Assembly: GCF_044704955.1 (NCBI RefSeq)
Contig: NC_091996.1
Location: 31,124,001 to 31,188,000 of the forward strand
From: Pristiophorus japonicus
Lineage: Eukaryota
Length of the DNA stretch: 64,000 nucleotides
Direction: 5' to 3'
Numbering within the stretch: position 1 is the stretch's first letter; each line of letters begins with the position of its first letter. The notes under the pieces are model-generated. The model made no database searches, was not told the origin of the DNA, and was given only the letters and a program-made list of their open reading frames with translations. Positions 11,812-23,521 of this stretch are shown piece by piece. Position numbers and translations under genes: made by a program.

Positions 11812-12755
11812 TTCATCCCTAATTGTCCTCGAGAAGGTAGTGGTGAACCACCTTCTTGAACCGCTGCAGTAGTCGCTTGATAAAGCTGAGTGGCTCGCTA
11901 GGCCATTTCATAGGGCAGTTAACAGTCAACCGCATTGCTGTGGGTCTGGTGTCACATACAGGGTTAGGACGGCAGATTTCCTTCGGAAAGTGCATTAGTG
12001 AACCAGATGGATTTTTATGACAATCTGGTAGTTTCATGGCCACCATTACTAGCTTTTTATTCCAGATTTATGATACAGGCAACTCTCGATTATCCGGGTC
12101 CCTCGGGGATTGGGTTATGCCGGGTAAACGATTTCTCCGTTAGAGCGAGTTGACATTATAAAGTTAAAACTTCAGTGAATAAATACTGTGCAATCAGCTA
12201 CAAACAAAAGCAAGGCAGTTAAGTATGGACATTACCAGCATGCATGCAGGTGGCCTCAAGGAGGAGATTGTCTAGCTCCGGGGTTTCGGAGCGCGCTGCC
12301 TTCCCAGGCCGAAAGGACTCCGAACACACCGGCCTGATGCCTTCCCCGGCCGAATGGACTCCGATGTCAGCAGTCCGATGCCTTCCCGGGTCGAAAGGAC
12401 TCCGAACACACAGGCCCGATGCCGTCCCCGGCCGAATGGACTCTGACGTCAGTAGCCCGATGCCTTCCTGGACCGAAAGGATTCTGACATCAGTGGCGGC
12501 CGCGAGAGACAGCGGCTGCAGCAGCGCATGCAAACATGAAATTTTAAATGCCGCTCCAACGGTTTCCCGTTGCATCCGTGTGCGGATAATCAAGAGTTGC
12601 CGATGCTAGCATTTTATTTCAGATTTATTTCATTAATCAACTGCATTTCAATTCCCCAGCTGCCGTGCTGGGATTTGAACTCGTGTCTCTGGATCATTAG
12701 TTCAGACCTCTGGATTACTAGTACAGTAACAGAATGACTATGCTACCGTATCCCT
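11812..12755 (-). mobile_element. tRNA-derived SINE with CR1-derived tail, interrupted by a MITE
   Basis: Minus-strand head GGTAGCATAGT..GTTCAAATCCC near 12750; left end matches the CR1 3' end at 6012-6070. Confidence 0.7.
12076..12602. mobile_element. Tc1/mariner (pogo/Tigger-like) MITE, copy 1
   Basis: TA|CAGGCAACTCTCGATTATCCG left TIR; slightly decayed right TIR; paralogous to 41972-42416. Confidence 0.85.
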
Positions 12756-14209
12756 AAGTTTGATTCCCTGTCAAGGGCAGCATTTGCAGCACTACGATTG
12801 GCTTTAGTGTCCTGGGGTTAGGGAGGGGAAAAATAAGCTGCGGCTTCCACAGCTGATCACTGTCCATGTATGGATGTTAGTCAGGGCAGGATTGTGCTTG
12901 GTTGTCATGCCACCTCAGCGGCCAACTAGCCTGCCAATACCCATTGTCAAGGCTCACGTGAATATTGATGTACTGGAGTGAAGTAATTGATGCCAGTCCC
13001 AGCCACAAGTCAAACTCTTTAGGAAAGGAGAAAATTGGTAAGGAGAGAAGAAAAAAAAATCTTATTATGAGCCTAATTCTTAAGTGGTAATTGAGATCAT
13101 ATTTCACTGCTTCCGGCACCATATCCTGTCACTTTAATGCTCCTCATTACGTTGTGTCTCTCCTCTCTTCCTGTAGTTGAGTGGTCATATTGAAAATCTC
13201 TTTGCTATAGATTGTATAATTTTTTTGTCCTTGCTGTGCATCAGATTTGATTTGTTCATCAATGTCATGAACCTGTTCTGAAAATTTAGGTCTTTAATTC
13301 AACATAAACATATTTGTTTCCCTGCATGATTTTTGGAAATGTGATTAATTCAGTCCACTGGCTTTAAATGTGATAGTGCTACTGTAAACAATCTGAGCAG
13401 CAGGATGCATCCTCAGATATAGAGATAGTCTGTGACCTCCTCCTCCTCTTTGTAAAGTGCTCCAAAAAGCTCTGTGATGAGTACTCTACAAATGTTAATT
13501 GTTGAGGTTGATGGGCAGCCTTGTGGCGAAATGGATCATTGTTAATGAACCACTGAAATATGACTTATTTCAATTCTTGCAAGCCCAAAATTGTTATAAA
13601 CACCATTTCAATGTATTCTGCTTATTAACTTTATTTTTTAAAACTTGTACCTCATTTTATTACTTTGCATCTTGCATTGAAATATTAAAATGATTGAAAC
13701 TAATATGAAGAATTTTCAGATAAGGGCATTAATGTAATTCCTTACTTCTATTCTTTTATGAATATGATGGACGCAATCTTTAATAAGGATTTGAAGTTTA
13801 GGGAAACAGTCTCCTTCGCTTTTGGAGCGCTGAATTTTACTGTGCTTGATTGTGCCTTTACAAAATCTGGTTGTGCTTGCTTACTACTGCAAAACTGCAC
13901 TCCGCATCTAGTGGTAATTTCTCCCCAGACACTCAGCAAAAGCTTCAAAGTTTGAAAACTGTTACATCACTTCCGAACGGAAACCATCTCCTCAAATAAA
14001 TCCCAACAGAATTGAGGGGAGATTGCATATAGCTTCTTAATTAAGGGGTGGGACCTTGATTATTGTGTTAGGAGAGAGCAGACTGCTGGTGTAATGTTCT
14101 ACTGAAGTATTTAAAGGACAGCTTCGAGTGGCTGTTAATTATTTGTGGATATTGCAATCAATTTGCCATTCTACGTGACTAATGCTGAGAATTATTTTTA
14201 TTGATGCAG

Positions 14210-14274
14210 GGAAAATCCAGAGAAGACATTTGAAGTGTATGTTGAAGTAACGCACCCCGAGTCTGGCGGTTCAG
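14210..14274 (+). CDS. DENND1A: DENND1A coding exon 2 (start of uDENN region)
   Basis: TTGATGCAG|G GAA AAT CCA..TCA G|GTACAG = (K)ENPEKTFEVYVEVTHPESGGS(D), matching human QNPETTFEVYVEVAYP; canonical AG/GT; phase-compatible with exon 1. Confidence 0.92.
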
Positions 14275-15299
14275 GTACAGTGTTCACTTTTGTGACTATT
14301 CAGTGGCATTTTATTTGAAAGTGGACTATTGAAGATGCCGTTGTGGCTACACATCTCTCCAAGTGGCTGGAGGTTTGAAACCTGGCAGAGGTTCAGGTGA
14401 ATTTGCAACTTTTTAGGTCCAAAGTTTTGTCAGATGTCAACTGCATAATTGAGAGGCTTAATACTTAAAAAAAAAACTGAGGCTGATGCTTATTCTCCCT
14501 CCAGCTATCCAGCAGGTTATATCTTGTGTTCACTATGCTGGAGCAATTTCAGCAGGGGTCATCGTTGTCTCTGTGAGCCATTCATATTTATTGTACACCT
14601 GCTGCTTCAGCTGAAATGATGCTGTTGTTAACACCTGCGCACCTGAAATGACCTTGTCATCTGAGCATGAAATCTGAATGGTTTCCACAGTCCTGAAGAA
14701 CATGATGATGGAAGAAGTGAAGTGGTATGATGCAAGTGGTATATAGTTCTGGTATATATTGCACACATATTTTCCTGGTAATTAACTGCAGATTATTTCC
14801 AATAAATCTGCAGTAATGACATTCTAATCATTAATCCTGTCGTGTGAATGTCAAAGTGCAAGCCGGCAGCTCAGGTCTGCAACAGTTGCCATATAAAAAT
14901 GAACTGAAAAAAATAATAAGTCCCTCATCATAGGCAAGCATATACTGAATATTTTATAAATATTACTAAATATCAAGAGTGATTAAAAGAGAGCAGTGCA
15001 ATGTGATATAATCTTGGTGTTTCTGTTGATGGCTATAAGCCACTTCGGCTTTAGACTCTACTTTTATTATACAGTACTACCAATCTGAAACTAGTATCCG
15101 AGAGTTCAAAGTGCACACAGCAAGACCTGAGTTATAATGTGGGCTGCGCCGTCCATCTTGCTACCTAAGAGAAGTTTGTGCAAGTGTGCTTTTACACTTA
15201 TGGAGATCAGTACTCTGCTGACAGCTATTTTTTAATGTTAGAAGAAAGCAGGCAGCAGCATTAAGAAGATTCAATGTGAAGTTTCTAATTGAGATCTAA

Positions 15300-15672
15300 A
15301 CAAGAAAGACTTTCCTTTTTATATAGCGCCTTTCACGACCTTTACAAGTAGTAAAGTACTTTTTGAAGTGTAGTCGCTGTTGTAATGTTGGAAATACGGC
15401 AACCAATTTGTACACAGCAAGCTCCCACAAGCAGCAATGTGATAATGACCAGATAATCCGTTTTCGTGATGTTGGTTGAGGGATAAATATTGGCCAGGAC
15501 ACCAGGGATAACTCCCCCGTTCTTATTCGAAATAGCGCCATGGGATCTTTTATGTCCACCTGTGAGAGCAGACGGGGCCTTGGTTTAACGTCTCATCTGA
15601 AAGACGGCCGGTCACTCCCTCAAAGCTGCACTGGAATGTCAGCCTAGATTTTTGTGCTCAAGTCTCTGGAGT
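15300..15672 (-). mobile_element. Deu-type SINE, 5'-truncated
   Basis: Reverse complement of 11410-11800. Confidence 0.75.
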
Positions 15673-16384
15673 GGCATTGCCTGTGTGGAGAGAGGGGAGG
15701 AGGACGAGGACATCAGGGATGAACCCATGCCCACTCCCCCACACCATTGGAAAGGTCCCATGGTAGTTACGCAGCTTCAAGACTCATAAATTAACGCTTT
15801 GCTTGAAGTTATGTTGGTGACAGTTACAGTTGCGTTACGTTTTATCCTTGCCTGGCCATTGTTTGCAACCCTTGTATCGATGCTTAACCTTATGTTATTA
15901 GAAGACACCGCACAACAATTGTAAAGTTCAATAAAATTTTTTTAATAATGTAACAATTAATGTAACATTTTTAAAACAAACTATACACCTGTCTTTTCCC
16001 CCCCCCACCCCCAACAGTCAACAAAATGTTTCACCTAATAATAAATGTTAAATAATGACAACACTACAAAAACACCTTCCCACTACCCCCAAGTAACACA
16101 TATCACCATTAAAATAGTAAAGCTGTTTAATTGAATTGTCCATTATGTCTTCAATCACTGTAGGATAATCACATGACCAATGCGAGTCCAATAAAGTAAA
16201 TATTTCACAGTCCTAAAGCGGAACTGTAGCCAAATTAAGACCTAGGCGTGTATTAGACATTACTCCCACACAGTATTTGAGCAAGGTTGAGAAACATCCG
16301 CCAAACTGTGGGTAGCATTAGCCATTATACTTGGGTACATATTTTTACATTGATTGAATTTCTTCATCATCTTGGCCTCTTGGA

Positions 16385-16927
16385 AAAAAAATTGCCGTAC
16401 TTCAGAACTCCAATTGTCCCCAAGGTGCAGGGAGCAATAGACTGTACGCATCTCGCCCTGCGAGCACCTTTACAGGATGCAGAATTGTTTCGGAACTGAA
16501 AGGGATTCCATTCCCTGAATGTGCAGCTTGTTGTCGACCCCAAGCAAATAATCATGGCAGTAAATGCAAATTTTCCAGGGAGCATCCATGTTACGCACAT
16601 CTTGCGTGAGAGCACTATCTCTGACCTGTTTAAGAGTCAGCCACAAGTACACAGTTGGATGCTGAGGGATAAAGGATATGGCCTTGCCAGCTGGCTCATG
16701 ATCCCCCCGCGTAAACTCCAGACACAAGCCGAGAAGCGCTACAATGAAAGCCATATAGCCACACGCAATATCGTCAAAAAGACAATTGGAGTTCTGAAGT
16801 GCCTGAACCACTCGGGAGGCAACCTGTAATACCACCCTAAGCAGATCGCTGAGTTCATTGTGGTGTGCTGCATGTTGCATAACCTAGCTATCAGGAGAGG
16901 ACAACAGATGGGACTGCTGGTCCACCT

Positions 16928-16967
<40 letters not shown>

Positions 16968-17075
16968 GTCGGAGAGGAACCCATGCGCCCCGCCCCCCAC
17001 ACCACTGGAAAAGCCCCATGGTAGTTAGGCAACTGCAAGACTGTTGCATCAACAGCTCATAAATGAACGCTTTGC
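16385..17075 (+). pseudogene. Harbinger DDE nuclease (HARBI1-like), 5'-truncated, with stops
   Basis: PKVQGAIDCTH..RN*KGFHSLNVQLVVD..FPGSIH..DKGY..RYNESHIATRNIV..TIGVLK..VVCCMLHNLAI. Confidence 0.88.
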
Positions 17076-17523
17076 GTGAAGTTATGTTGGCGACAGTTAC
17101 AGTTGCGTTACGTGTCATCCTTGCCTGGCCATTGTTTGCAACCCTTGTATTGATGTTTAACCGTACGTTAGTAGAAGACACTGCACAACAATTGTAAAGT
17201 TCAATAAACATTTGTAATAATGCAACAATTGGTGTAATTTTTTTAAAACAAGCTAACACCCATCTTCCCCCCTCCCCACCACCACCTCCCACCCCCAACA
17301 GTCAACAAAATTTTTCACCCAACAATAAATTTTAAATAACAATAACACGACAAAAACATCCTCCCACCACCCCCAACATTCAACAAATTTTTAATAACAA
17401 TAAGAACAGTCAACAATTTTAATTAAAATAGATTAGCCCCCCGCCCCTACCTGTGGCCACGCTTCCCTCCTCTACCTTTTACGCCCCCCCTCATCATAAC
17501 CCTCCCTTTCCCACATACGCCCC

Positions 17524-19771
17524 TAGTAACGGGGCCAAGTCGTCTTGCAGTTGAGCATCTCGATGACTGCTGCTGTGGATGGGAGGGGGTGGTGACGTCG
17601 GCAGATTGACTTCAGGGGGCTGAGGAGCAGACTTTTCCGAAGAAACTTCTTCCGAGTCGGAAGCAACTGCTTCCTCCTGACCCGCATCTGTCGAAGTTGA
17701 TGGTGGTACGGCACCTACCGCATGGCATCAACGGAGTCGGCCATTCGCCGTATTGCCGCAACCATTTGTCCCATGCCCGCCGAGATTCTAGCAGATAGTG
17801 TGGCAATGTTACCGGTCAACCCACCAATTGCTTGGAGGAGCTCTCGACCAATGGCGACGCTGGCCCTCGATAGAGACGCCATGTCCTCGTTCACATCTGC
17901 CTGTTGCTGCATGTGCCTACCTCGCCGACCCAATCTCCGCAGGATCGGCGTGGGCATTGGACCACTCGGAGTGCCCTGCTGCAAGCCACTTGGCCCCGCT
18001 ACTTCATCTGTTGAGGATGACGTGGCCGTAGGTACTAAAAAGGACCCTTCAGGCTCATCATCCTCCTCAGTTGTGTCTTGTTTTTCCCCGTGGTCAGCAC
18101 TACCTGCAGTGATTGGGGTGATGCTCCAGGGCTCTCCCTTTGCGCCTGGGGAACTGGAAAACATAATTAAGATTAGTAAAAGAGAAGGGGAGACATGAGC
18201 ATGCTTGCGCTGTGCAGGCATATGTATGAGGAGCAACACTACAGCAATAAATGTGAACGAGAGACGTTACATATAATTAACATGAGAGTACAGAAGCTGC
18301 ATTCATAATATTACATAATTCATATATTATAATCAAATGGCATTGAATGACTTTAAATTACCGCTGGTTTACACATTACTCACATGGCGCAAGAACGGGA
18401 TCTGCACCACAACGGGTGGCAGAATGATTATGCGTGCCTGCAAAGGCTGCGGCACGCTCCTCGAGATTGGTCAGTACATAAAGGTCAGCAGGCCCTCCTC
18501 CGGTCCGCCACTGCTCCGCCTGATTCTTGGATATCTTCCTCTGCAAATGTGATAAGAGCATGGCATAAGCGAATTGCCTCGGTACTATTACGGAAACACA
18601 ACAGATATTGTAATCCACCTCATTGTTAACGTTATATGCTAATACGGTTTGTATCCAATGGATGCATGGTTATAGCATCTATGTTCAGAGAAAATATTTA
18701 ATAAGATCGTGTTTAGGAAGCAATGCTTGACACCAACCCTCTCGCGTACAATCCCCAGGAAAGGCCCGTGCCATTCGGCGCCTGAGGGGAGGGAGCTGGG
18801 TTATTGTAATCGATGGAGGTCCCCGAGGGGGGCGAGAATCCGGACCGCTGTTGAGCTGGTGAGCTCGGCAATGACAGGACCATGAGGGGAGGGGGCATCG
18901 TGTCCATGGACTGTGCTGGGAGACCTCCGTGTGGCCGGAGCTAATGTCCCAAAGTGTCCCAGGGCAGCTCTACCCCAGTCCATGCTGGGTCACTGTGTGA
19001 CTGACAGCAGCCGGAGAGACTCAGCCTGGCCAAAGCTGAGCGGCCCCCTCAGCGCTCAGTCGTGCCCCCATCTACCAACCTAATCAACAAGGAAACGGTG
19101 CCCAAGTTAAAGAGTTGCTCACAGTACACAAGCAGCAATATAATTTCATAATTCTCCTTCTTCTAAACTAAAGTGGTAGAAATGCTGAGTGTTTGCGGTC
19201 TGTCTGTTTCCAGTCATTCCTTTGGCCTTAATTTTCGATCAAAGCGTTTAACTAATAATTAATACTGTCGATTTAAGTTTAAGGCAACTCAGTAAGTTAA
19301 AGAGCGCAGGTCCCAACCCCAGTCCAACTCTTAACATGAAAACTACCCAAGATTACCCAGCTTAATTACAATCTGGCAGATTTACATTCTAATTAATGAG
19401 TCTGCATCATTACAATTATACATTTTAATAATTTAATACTTTTGGGGATGAAACAAGACTGTTCCACGCTTGCGGCACTGGTCTGGCTCTCTTCTGTCGT
19501 GGGCTGCCGATGAGACTATTGCGGCGATATCTGTCCATATTCGCTGGTATACTCTTCGGGGTGGGGAAGTTGTTTCCCATGCCCACCCCGGGTTAATTGG
19601 ATCCACCGAGTCTCTGCCTCGTGGACGAAGGCCTCGTTCACCTCTCCAGAGAACGGTTTCGTCCTCCTTCTCCCTCCAACCTTCCCAACGCGCTCTCCTG
19701 ACTCTCGTGTTCCATCTCCATGTTATCCGATTACTTTTTTTCTCAATTCCTTCAAATTCACAAGCCTCCAC
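17524..19771 (-). pseudogene. Harbinger Myb/SANT-like DNA-binding gene, 3 exons, degraded
   Basis: Exon 1 ..QRIWTDIAAIVSS..REPDQCRKR; exon 2 (~18540-18384) RKISKN..TGGGPA..LTNLEERAAA; exon 3 from ~18153; AG/GT sites visible. Confidence 0.75.
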
Positions 19772-20419
19772 AAACCTTCCTTCAAAAATCCTTTCTCTCT
19801 CTCTCTCCCTCCCTTTGCCTTCTGAGCATGCACAGATGACTCCTGAAACGCGTGAAAAGTTTATTGCCTGAAAAAAAACCGCATGCGCAGAACGACCGTT
19901 GCTATATACGCCAGCCTTGCACGACTGAATATATTGCTATCGCCCATTTCACATCGCTAAGGCTATCGCCCAAATTAAAAGGGCGAAACTAGCGGCTTTT
20001 AAAATGGGCGATATTCCGGCGATCCTGAAAAATAAAAAAAATACTGACGCCGGAAATATCGCCCATCGATGCCGATCATAGTAGAAAGTCTAGCCTTATA
20101 TAGATAGTAGAAGGGTGTTTCCAACAGTCTCATAGTGGCATATTTAATTTCTTCTAAACTGTCTTTATCAACTCTGATCACTGCCAAAAGTATGAGAGCA
20201 GGAATAAGTGATTATCTTAATCAAAGTGTCTGGCATGCAGTGAGCGGAGGGAGGAAAATTGGAGAGCAAGTCGATCTCTCCTGCACCTCCTAGTTGTTGG
20301 CTCAATGCAGGCATTGGCAGAAGCCTGGGAATAAGTTCCCTGCCTGTCGTCTTGGGCAGGGAATGACATGCGGTGTGAAGGTCGATAAGAGAAGATGATT
20401 AAACAAGATGCTATTAAAC

Positions 20420-21045
20420 CATACTTGCATTTATATAGCGTCTTAATGTAGTTAAACATCCCAAAGCACTTCGCAGGAATGTAATCAGATTAAAAATTGA
20501 CACCAAGTCAGAGATATTAGAATGGGTGATTAAAGGCTTGGTCAAAGAGGTAGGCTTTAAGGACCATCTTAAAGGAGCAAAGGGAGGTTTAGGAAAGGAA
20601 TTCCAGGTCTTGGGGCCTAGCCAGCTGAAGGCATGACTGCCAGTGGTAGGGCGAAGGAAATAGGGGACGCATAAGAGGCCAGAGTTGGAGGAACGCATCG
20701 TTCTTGGAGGATGTAGGGATTGAGACCGTTACAGAGATATGTAGGGACAAGGCCATAGAGGGATCTGGAACACGAAGATGGGAATTTTAAAATCAAGACA
20801 TTGGTGATCGGAAGACAATGTAGGCCATCAATCACAGGGGCGATGGAAGAACAGGATTTGATGTGAGTTAGAGAAAGAAAGACCGTACTTGCATTTATGT
20901 TATTAGGGTATGGGAAGCAGAGCTTTGGCTGAGCTCAAATTTATGGAGCGTGGAAGATGGGAGTCTGGCCAAAAGAGCATTTGAATAGTGAAGTCTGGAG
21001 GTTTTAAAAAAAGCATGGATGAGGGTTTCAGCGGCAGATAGAATG
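20420..21045 (-). mobile_element. L2-type LINE 3' fragment
   Basis: Minus-strand AETLIHAFF..SRLHYSNALL and LHCLPI. Confidence 0.75.
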
Positions 21046-21371
21046 AGCCAGTCCATTCTTCCTGAATCAGGGATAGCATCAAAGAACATGGATATAGTAC
21101 AGTGCATGAATGATGCTGGTGAGCTGCAGAATATCAAATTATTGTCAAGCATAATGATCAGATTAGCCGAATGTGGCAATTTCACAGAAAATACAGAAGC
21201 ACTAATATTAATTGGATGTTCAAGCTGCAATATTCTGTAGAAATATTGATAATTGTGGTAGTGAAAGATAGAGCTCTACGATTGTCCAGAGGAGTATTCT
21301 GAAATGTAACTACCAATGGTGATTGAAAGTAAAAACCGAAAATGCTGGAAATCTCAGTGGGTCAAGCAGCA

Positions 21372-21750
21372 TAAGAACATAAGTGTTATATATGTAAACT
21401 TGTATTTACTCTGTACAACCACCAGAGGGCTCATCCTCCTGGAGTCCCAAGGGATCCCATAATCCCTTGGGAGCACAGGTATTTAAGGAGGCTTCACAGG
21501 TTGGAGAGGCACTCTGGAGACCTGCAATAAAAGACTAACGTCACACTTTACTTTGAGCTCACAGTGTTCAGTCTGACTCTTTCTCCATACACTACAATAA
21601 GAACATAAGAAATAGGAACAGGAGTAGGCCATACGGCCCCTCGAGCCTGCTCCATCATTCAATAAGATCATGGCTGATCTGATCATGGACTCAGCTCCAC
21701 TTCCCCACCCGCTCCCCATAACCCCTTATCCCCTTATCGTTTAAGAAACT
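21372..21750 (-). mobile_element. CR1 3'UTR/tail nested in the Penelope element
   Basis: (ATAAGAAC)n tail and GGCCATACGGCCCCTCGAGCCTGC 3'UTR. Confidence 0.75.
21384..21596 (+). mobile_element. Solo LTR (213 bp)
   Basis: TGT...ACA ends, ATAAG on both flanks, TATA-like GTATTTAAG followed by AATAAA. Confidence 0.75.
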
Positions 21751-22539
21751 GAGGAGAGAAGCAGAGTTAATGTTTGGGATCGATGACCCTTCGTCAGAAG
21801 TGGCGAATGTTCGAAATGAACAAATTCTTAAGGAGCACTGAAAGGGGAGGAAAGAACACAAGGGAAGGAGAGATTTGAGAGACAAAAGGGATGATGGGCC
21901 GACTTGAGATGGTAATAGTTAGAAGTTAGAAAAAGATTCGTTTAGATAGGGTTAGTGAATGGCAGGATAATTATCAGCTGCCAGGAGAAACAAAGAGAGA
22001 AAAAAAATACATCAGAGCAAAATATGGGCAGAGGTTAAGGTCTAAAATTATTGAACTCGATGTTGAGTCCAGAAGGCTGTAAAGTGCCTAAACGAAAGAG
22101 GAGGTGCTGTTCCTCGAGCTTGCATTGAGCTTCATTGGATCAGTGCAGGAGTCCGAGGATGGAGCTGTGAGAGTGGGAATGGAGTGGAGAATTAAAGTGA
22201 CAGGCGACCGGAAACTTGTGGTCACGCTTACGGACTGAATGGAGTTTTTCCGCAAAGCGGTCACGCAATCTTCGTTTGGTCTCCCCAGTGTAGAGGAGAC
22301 CACATCATGAGCAGTGAATACAGTATACTAAATTGAAAGAAGTACAAGTAAATTGCTGTTTCACCTGGAAGGAGTATTTGGGGCCCTGGACAGTGGGAAG
22401 GGAGGAGGTAAAAGGGCAGGTGTTGCATCTCCTGCGCTTGCACGGGAAGGTGTGATTGAAAGTACACCTGAGAACTTGGATCCATATCAGAAAGATAAGT
22501 AAAGATGAAAGAGGATATTCGGGCCACCTTCTATAAAAA

Positions 22540-23440
22540 CTTGTGATCCCCCACCATAGCCCCTTGAATGATCCCAGAGTTCCATTACTGTTCCCAGAGT
22601 CAGTTCCAGGCAATGACATATTTTGTGTGTGAAGCATTGCTTCCTGAAACCAATCCTGAGCTTGCCTTTTATCAGTTTGTTTCCATGTCCTCTTGTTTTG
22701 TAGTTGTGTTTAATTAAAGTACTGCTTCATATTTGCCTTTTCTACTCTTATTATTTTCTATGCCTTCATACAATTTGCCTTCTCTCAAGGCCAAAGAAAC
22801 CATTTTTTCTAACCTTAAGGTACTATGGATCAGCTTCCTGACCTTTCTGTGCAATGCCTTCAGCGCTTGGATGTTTCCTCCAAACTGAATGCAGTATTCA
22901 AGGGTAATTTGATCAGAGTACAGTTTAAGCATGATGGCTTCTGCCTCTGATTTATACTGTACTGATTTGGCAGGTGAGCCTAGCGTCTCTTAGCTTTGGT
23001 AATTCCTGCTCTGCAATGAGTAGATGTGTTATCTACTATCACTTCAGATCTCTTTCAATCTGCCCCTTGTGTAGTTCAACACCATTCATTGACTTAAGTA
23101 TATAACCCATTGCTTCTGTCGTGCATGACACCTTGAATTTCATCTGCCATAGTTCTGCCCACTGATGCATTTTGTCTGGGACCTTCTGTAGCTTTTGGTT
23201 GTTTTGTTGGCCTTGACTGCCTCCTTAGCTTAGCATCCCATGTGATTTTTTTTTTACCAAACTGGGTCACATTTCTAATTTTAGGTAATTTTATGTAGAT
23301 TTGAAACCATACGGATCCCTAGGTAGCTGCATTCAGTACATTTATACATGCCTATAATCACACCTCTTGCTGACACATTCTGCTTCATCTCTCAGTGAAG
23401 TTCCTATCCACCCCAGGTTGTACCTAGGATACCGAATTGT
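22540..23440 (-). mobile_element. Old, degraded CR1 fragment
   Basis: Minus-strand MLKLY..LEYCIQF..LEK remnants. Confidence 0.55.
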
Positions 23441-23521
23441 GTTTTTTAAGTAAATACTCCATTGATTTGTTTTAGGGACATCCACTCTATTCATCAAACT
23501 CTGATTGTGTTATGCAAAACT

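Larger units (their letters stand above)
15673..20096. mobile_element. PIF/Harbinger transposon B (left end missing)
   Basis: Convergent HARBI1-like nuclease (+) and Myb/SANT gene (-); right end GAAAGTCTAGCC matches the TIR GGGCTAGACTTTC at 37369. Confidence 0.85.
21330..22455 (-). mobile_element. Penelope-like element: GIY-YIG endonuclease C-terminus and terminal repeat, interrupted
   Basis: Minus-strand FPCKRRRCNTCPF..FTCTSFNLVYCIHCS..CGLLYTGETKRRLRDRF..HFNS..LEEQHLLFRLGTLQPSGLN. Confidence 0.85.

Noticed and set aside
12290-12495. CRISPR-like repeat array
   Set aside because: Tandem units without unique spacers, inside a eukaryotic MITE
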